Shown here one piece after another: positions 25,403-27,830 of a DNA stretch of 27,830 bases (position 1 is its first letter; every line of letters starts with the position of its first letter). A model generated the notes under the pieces. The model ran no database searches. It was given only the letters and a program-made list of their open reading frames with translations, and was not told the origin of the DNA. The translations under genes were made by a program, and so were the position numbers. The DNA comes from a virus (lineage: Duplodnaviria > Caudoviricetes): the IMG/VR virus record IMGVR_UViG_3300012953_000168, positions 1 to 27,830 of that record. One strand, 5' to 3'.

Positions 25403-26895
25403 TGGAAGATTATGAAGCTTTATATCAAAGAAAGCAAGCACTAAAGAAATTAAGAAGTAATATTGCTTTATTTGGTAGAACATGTTTTCCAACAGCTTTA
25501 AGAAAAGCTACTCCACCATTTCACCATGAAATATATAGGGATTTAAGAAATAGAGATAAAAAAAGAGTTTTAATAGCAGCGCCTCGTGGTACAGCTAAAT
25601 CTACAGTTACCTCTCTGCTCCTTCCAATGCACCGCATAGCATTCAAAGCAGACAATGAAGAAGAGTTCATTGTTATCATCTCTGAGTCACAGGCGCAGTC
25701 TATTAACTTCTTATCTCGTATTAAATACCATTTAACTCATAGTGATAGATTCAAACAACTATTTGGTGATATGGGTCCTAATACAGCTAGAAGATGGACT
25801 GCAACTGACATAGTAACTGCAAATGGTGTTAGAATAGTAGCAGTTGGTACAGGACAAAGAGTTAGGGGTTTTATTGAAGGTGATACAAGACCTACTTTAA
25901 TTATTGTAGATGACTTTGAATCAGAATTAAATGCTTTTACTATGGAGGCAAGAGCAAAGAATAGGAAATGGATGACAGAGGCTGTTATACCATCATTATC
26001 AGATGAAGGTAGAATAGTTATGATAGGCACAGTTATATCAGAAGATTGTTTTTTATATTGGGCAAAAGACTCATCAGCATGGAATGTATTGTGGTATAGT
26101 ATAATAAATGATGATGGAACACCTATATGGCCTGAAAGATTTCCAAAAGACAGAATTGATTCAATAAAAGAAGAATATGCATCTGTTGGTAATATAAATG
26201 GATTTTACCAAGAGTACATGAATATTGCTCAATCTCCAGATGAAGCTCCTTTTAAACCTGAATGGATTAAATTGCATCAATATGAATATAAAAGAGTTGA
26301 GGGGCAACCATGTTTAGTTAAAGAAACAGGAGATGGTGAAAAGGTTATACCAGTAGAAGTATATGGTGGTGTAGATCCTGCATCATCCTTATCTGCAAGA
26401 GCAGACTTCTTTGTTTTAATAACTTTAGGTATAGACCATGAAGGCAATAAGTATATAATAGATTTATATAGAAAACATGTTTCTCCAGCAGAGCAGCCTG
26501 ATATAATAATAGAAAGATTTAAGAAGTATAGACATAAAAAGATGAAAATAGAAACAGTAGCCTACCAGGAGGCTTTAAGAGCAGCCGTAAAGAAACGTAT
26601 GCTAGAAGAGAATCTATATATACCTGGATTAGAAAAAGGCGTTAAGCCTAGAACAAGAAAATCAGAACGTTTATTATCTTTAGTTCCTATGTTTGCAAAA
26701 GGTGAATTTCATTTTAGGAGCCAAGATACGGAAGCACAAGCAGAGTTCTTATCTTATCCAAAAGGAAAGCATGATGATATAATGGATGCGGTATGGACCT
26801 CGTTAGAGGGTTCAAGACCTTGTAGAATAAAAACATTAGACCCAGAAGCTAGAGAAAATAAATTTAAAAAAGTCCTTGATTGGATGACATTATAA
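25402..26895 (+). CDS. terL: Terminase large subunit
   Basis: Walker A APRGTAKST, Walker B IIVDDFE, MIGT, nuclease GVDPA and HDDIMDA. Confidence 0.95.
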   Translation: MEDYEALYQRKQALKKLRSNIALFGRTCFPTALRKATPPFHHEIYRDLRNRDKKRVLIAAPRGTAKSTVTSLLLPMHRIAFKADNEEEFIVIISESQAQSINFLSRIKYHLTHSDRFKQLFGDMGPNTARRWTATDIVTANGVRIVAVGTGQRVRGFIEGDTRPTLIIVDDFESELNAFTMEARAKNRKWMTEAVIPSLSDEGRIVMIGTVISEDCFLYWAKDSSAWNVLWYSIINDDGTPIWPERFPKDRIDSIKEEYASVGNINGFYQEYMNIAQSPDEAPFKPEWIKLHQYEYKRVEGQPCLVKETGDGEKVIPVEVYGGVDPASSLSARADFFVLITLGIDHEGNKYIIDLYRKHVSPAEQPDIIIERFKKYRHKKMKIETVAYQEALRAAVKKRMLEENLYIPGLEKGVKPRTRKSERLLSLVPMFAKGEFHFRSQDTEAQAEFLSYPKGKHDDIMDAVWTSLEGSRPCRIKTLDPEARENKFKKVLDWMTL

Positions 26896-26929
26896 TTAAT
26901 ATATTATATTGCCTTAGTGTAGGCATAAT

Positions 26930-27830
26930 ATGGGGGTATTAAAAGCATTGGCAGAAGAAAAGTATCAGAATCCTGAACAACCCACTGAAGATTATACTAA
27001 AATTGTAGAAGAAACCAAAGAAGTTTTTGATTTATATAAGAGAAAACGAGACATTTGGGAGAATCAAGCAAGGGAAGATCAGGAGTATCGTCTAGGACGA
27101 CAATGGACGGTAGAACAAGAAAAGACTCTTAAATCAAGAGGCCAAGCTCCTATTGTCGTTAATAGAATACACCCAGCAGTAGAAACAGCAAAAGCAATGC
27201 TTACTGCAAATAGACCCTCATTTAAAGTATCCCCAAGAGAAGATAGTGACACTAAAGTTGCTAATGTTTTAAATGCATTACTTTCTTATATGTATGATAT
27301 ATCAGATGGACGTTCTATTGTTAGAAACGCAGTAGATGATTACTATGTAACTGGACTTGGTTATTTTATGGTATATCAAAACCCACAAGCAGATGATGGT
27401 AAGGGAGAAGTTGTATTTAAAGATGTTGACCCAATGGATGTATATGTAGATCCAAATTCTAGAGACCAGTTTTTTGATGATGCTGAAAACATTGTTATAT
27501 CAAGAAACTTTACAAAAGCACAAGCCAAAGCTTTATATCCCCAATATAAACAAGCAATTGATGCTGCATCTGGAATGTATGATAGTGACGAGATTATAAC
27601 AGGTAATACTGATAATACTGGAATCACTTTTCCTGGAGACATAGATACATTAGAAGAAGGTCAATATATTAGAGGGTATGAAAGGTATTACAAAGTTGAA
27701 GAGGTGGCTTATAGAGTATTTGAAAAATTTTCTGGACAAGAATATCGATTTGACGAAGAAGAGTTTCAAGCTTATATAAACCAACAAGTAGGCGTATTGA
27801 ATGGTAATATATTACTAGGTTCTGAGATTG
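26930..27830 (+). CDS. Portal protein (P22-like), 3'-truncated; start ATG 26930 or TTG 26948
   Basis: Frame after terL translates to EDQEYRLGRQWT...L..RGQAPIVVNRIHPAV...PRE..D..VA; appears to run off the window end, hence missing from the ORF track. Confidence 0.88.
   Translation, partial: MGVLKALAEEKYQNPEQPTEDYTKIVEETKEVFDLYKRKRDIWENQAREDQEYRLGRQWTVEQEKTLKSRGQAPIVVNRIHPAVETAKAMLTANRPSFKVSPREDSDTKVANVLNALLSYMYDISDGRSIVRNAVDDYYVTGLGYFMVYQNPQADDGKGEVVFKDVDPMDVYVDPNSRDQFFDDAENIVISRNFTKAQAKALYPQYKQAIDAASGMYDSDEIITGNTDNTGITFPGDIDTLEEGQYIRGYERYYKVEEVAYRVFEKFSGQEYRFDEEEFQAYINQQVGVLNGNILLGSEI

Larger units (their letters stand above)
1..27830. mobile_element. Tailed bacteriophage genome segment (Caudoviricetes) encoding a virion RNA polymerase
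   Basis: Terminase large subunit, portal, endolysin, primase-helicase and giant virion protein; tightly packed genes with ATGA/TAATG overlaps; no integrase and no ribosomal or core-metabolism host genes in the window. Confidence 0.97.

Noticed and set aside
1-27830. Alternative genetic code
   Set aside because: Long genes are intact in code 11, and TAA, TAG and TGA all serve as stops at coupled junctions

Overview
AT-rich segment of a tailed dsDNA phage genome, probably podovirus-like given the P22-type portal and giant ejected protein. The left end is the tail of the late/structural operon (+ strand): a 5'-truncated >2800-aa virion protein with a two-barrel RNA polymerase active site (R-x-P ... 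GADLDGD), plus two small genes. The middle (10.07-23.46 kb, - strand) is an apparently complete early/replication block. It holds many microproteins, a short peptide deformylase, a YubB/DUF1281-like protein, a four-gene ubiquitin-like conjugation cassette (Ubl - E2-like - JAB/MPN protease - ThiF/E1), an AAA_24 ATPase, an SSB-like protein, an AEP primase-SF4 helicase, a Gp157-like protein and an HNH endonuclease, but no recognisable DNA polymerase. Several intergenic gaps of this block fold into long-stem multi-way RNA structures, and one zinc-finger microprotein has a TGA followed by a SECIS-like hairpin. A divergent non-coding region (23.47-23.92 kb) has a GC-rich hairpin cluster and phased repeats. 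The right end (+ strand) has a membrane micropeptide, an M15 endolysin, a Lys-rich peptide, terminase small/large subunits and a 3'-truncated portal. Headline candidate: a phage-encoded ubiquitin-like protein conjugation system next to the replication genes. All family calls are by motif recognition only; no searches were run.
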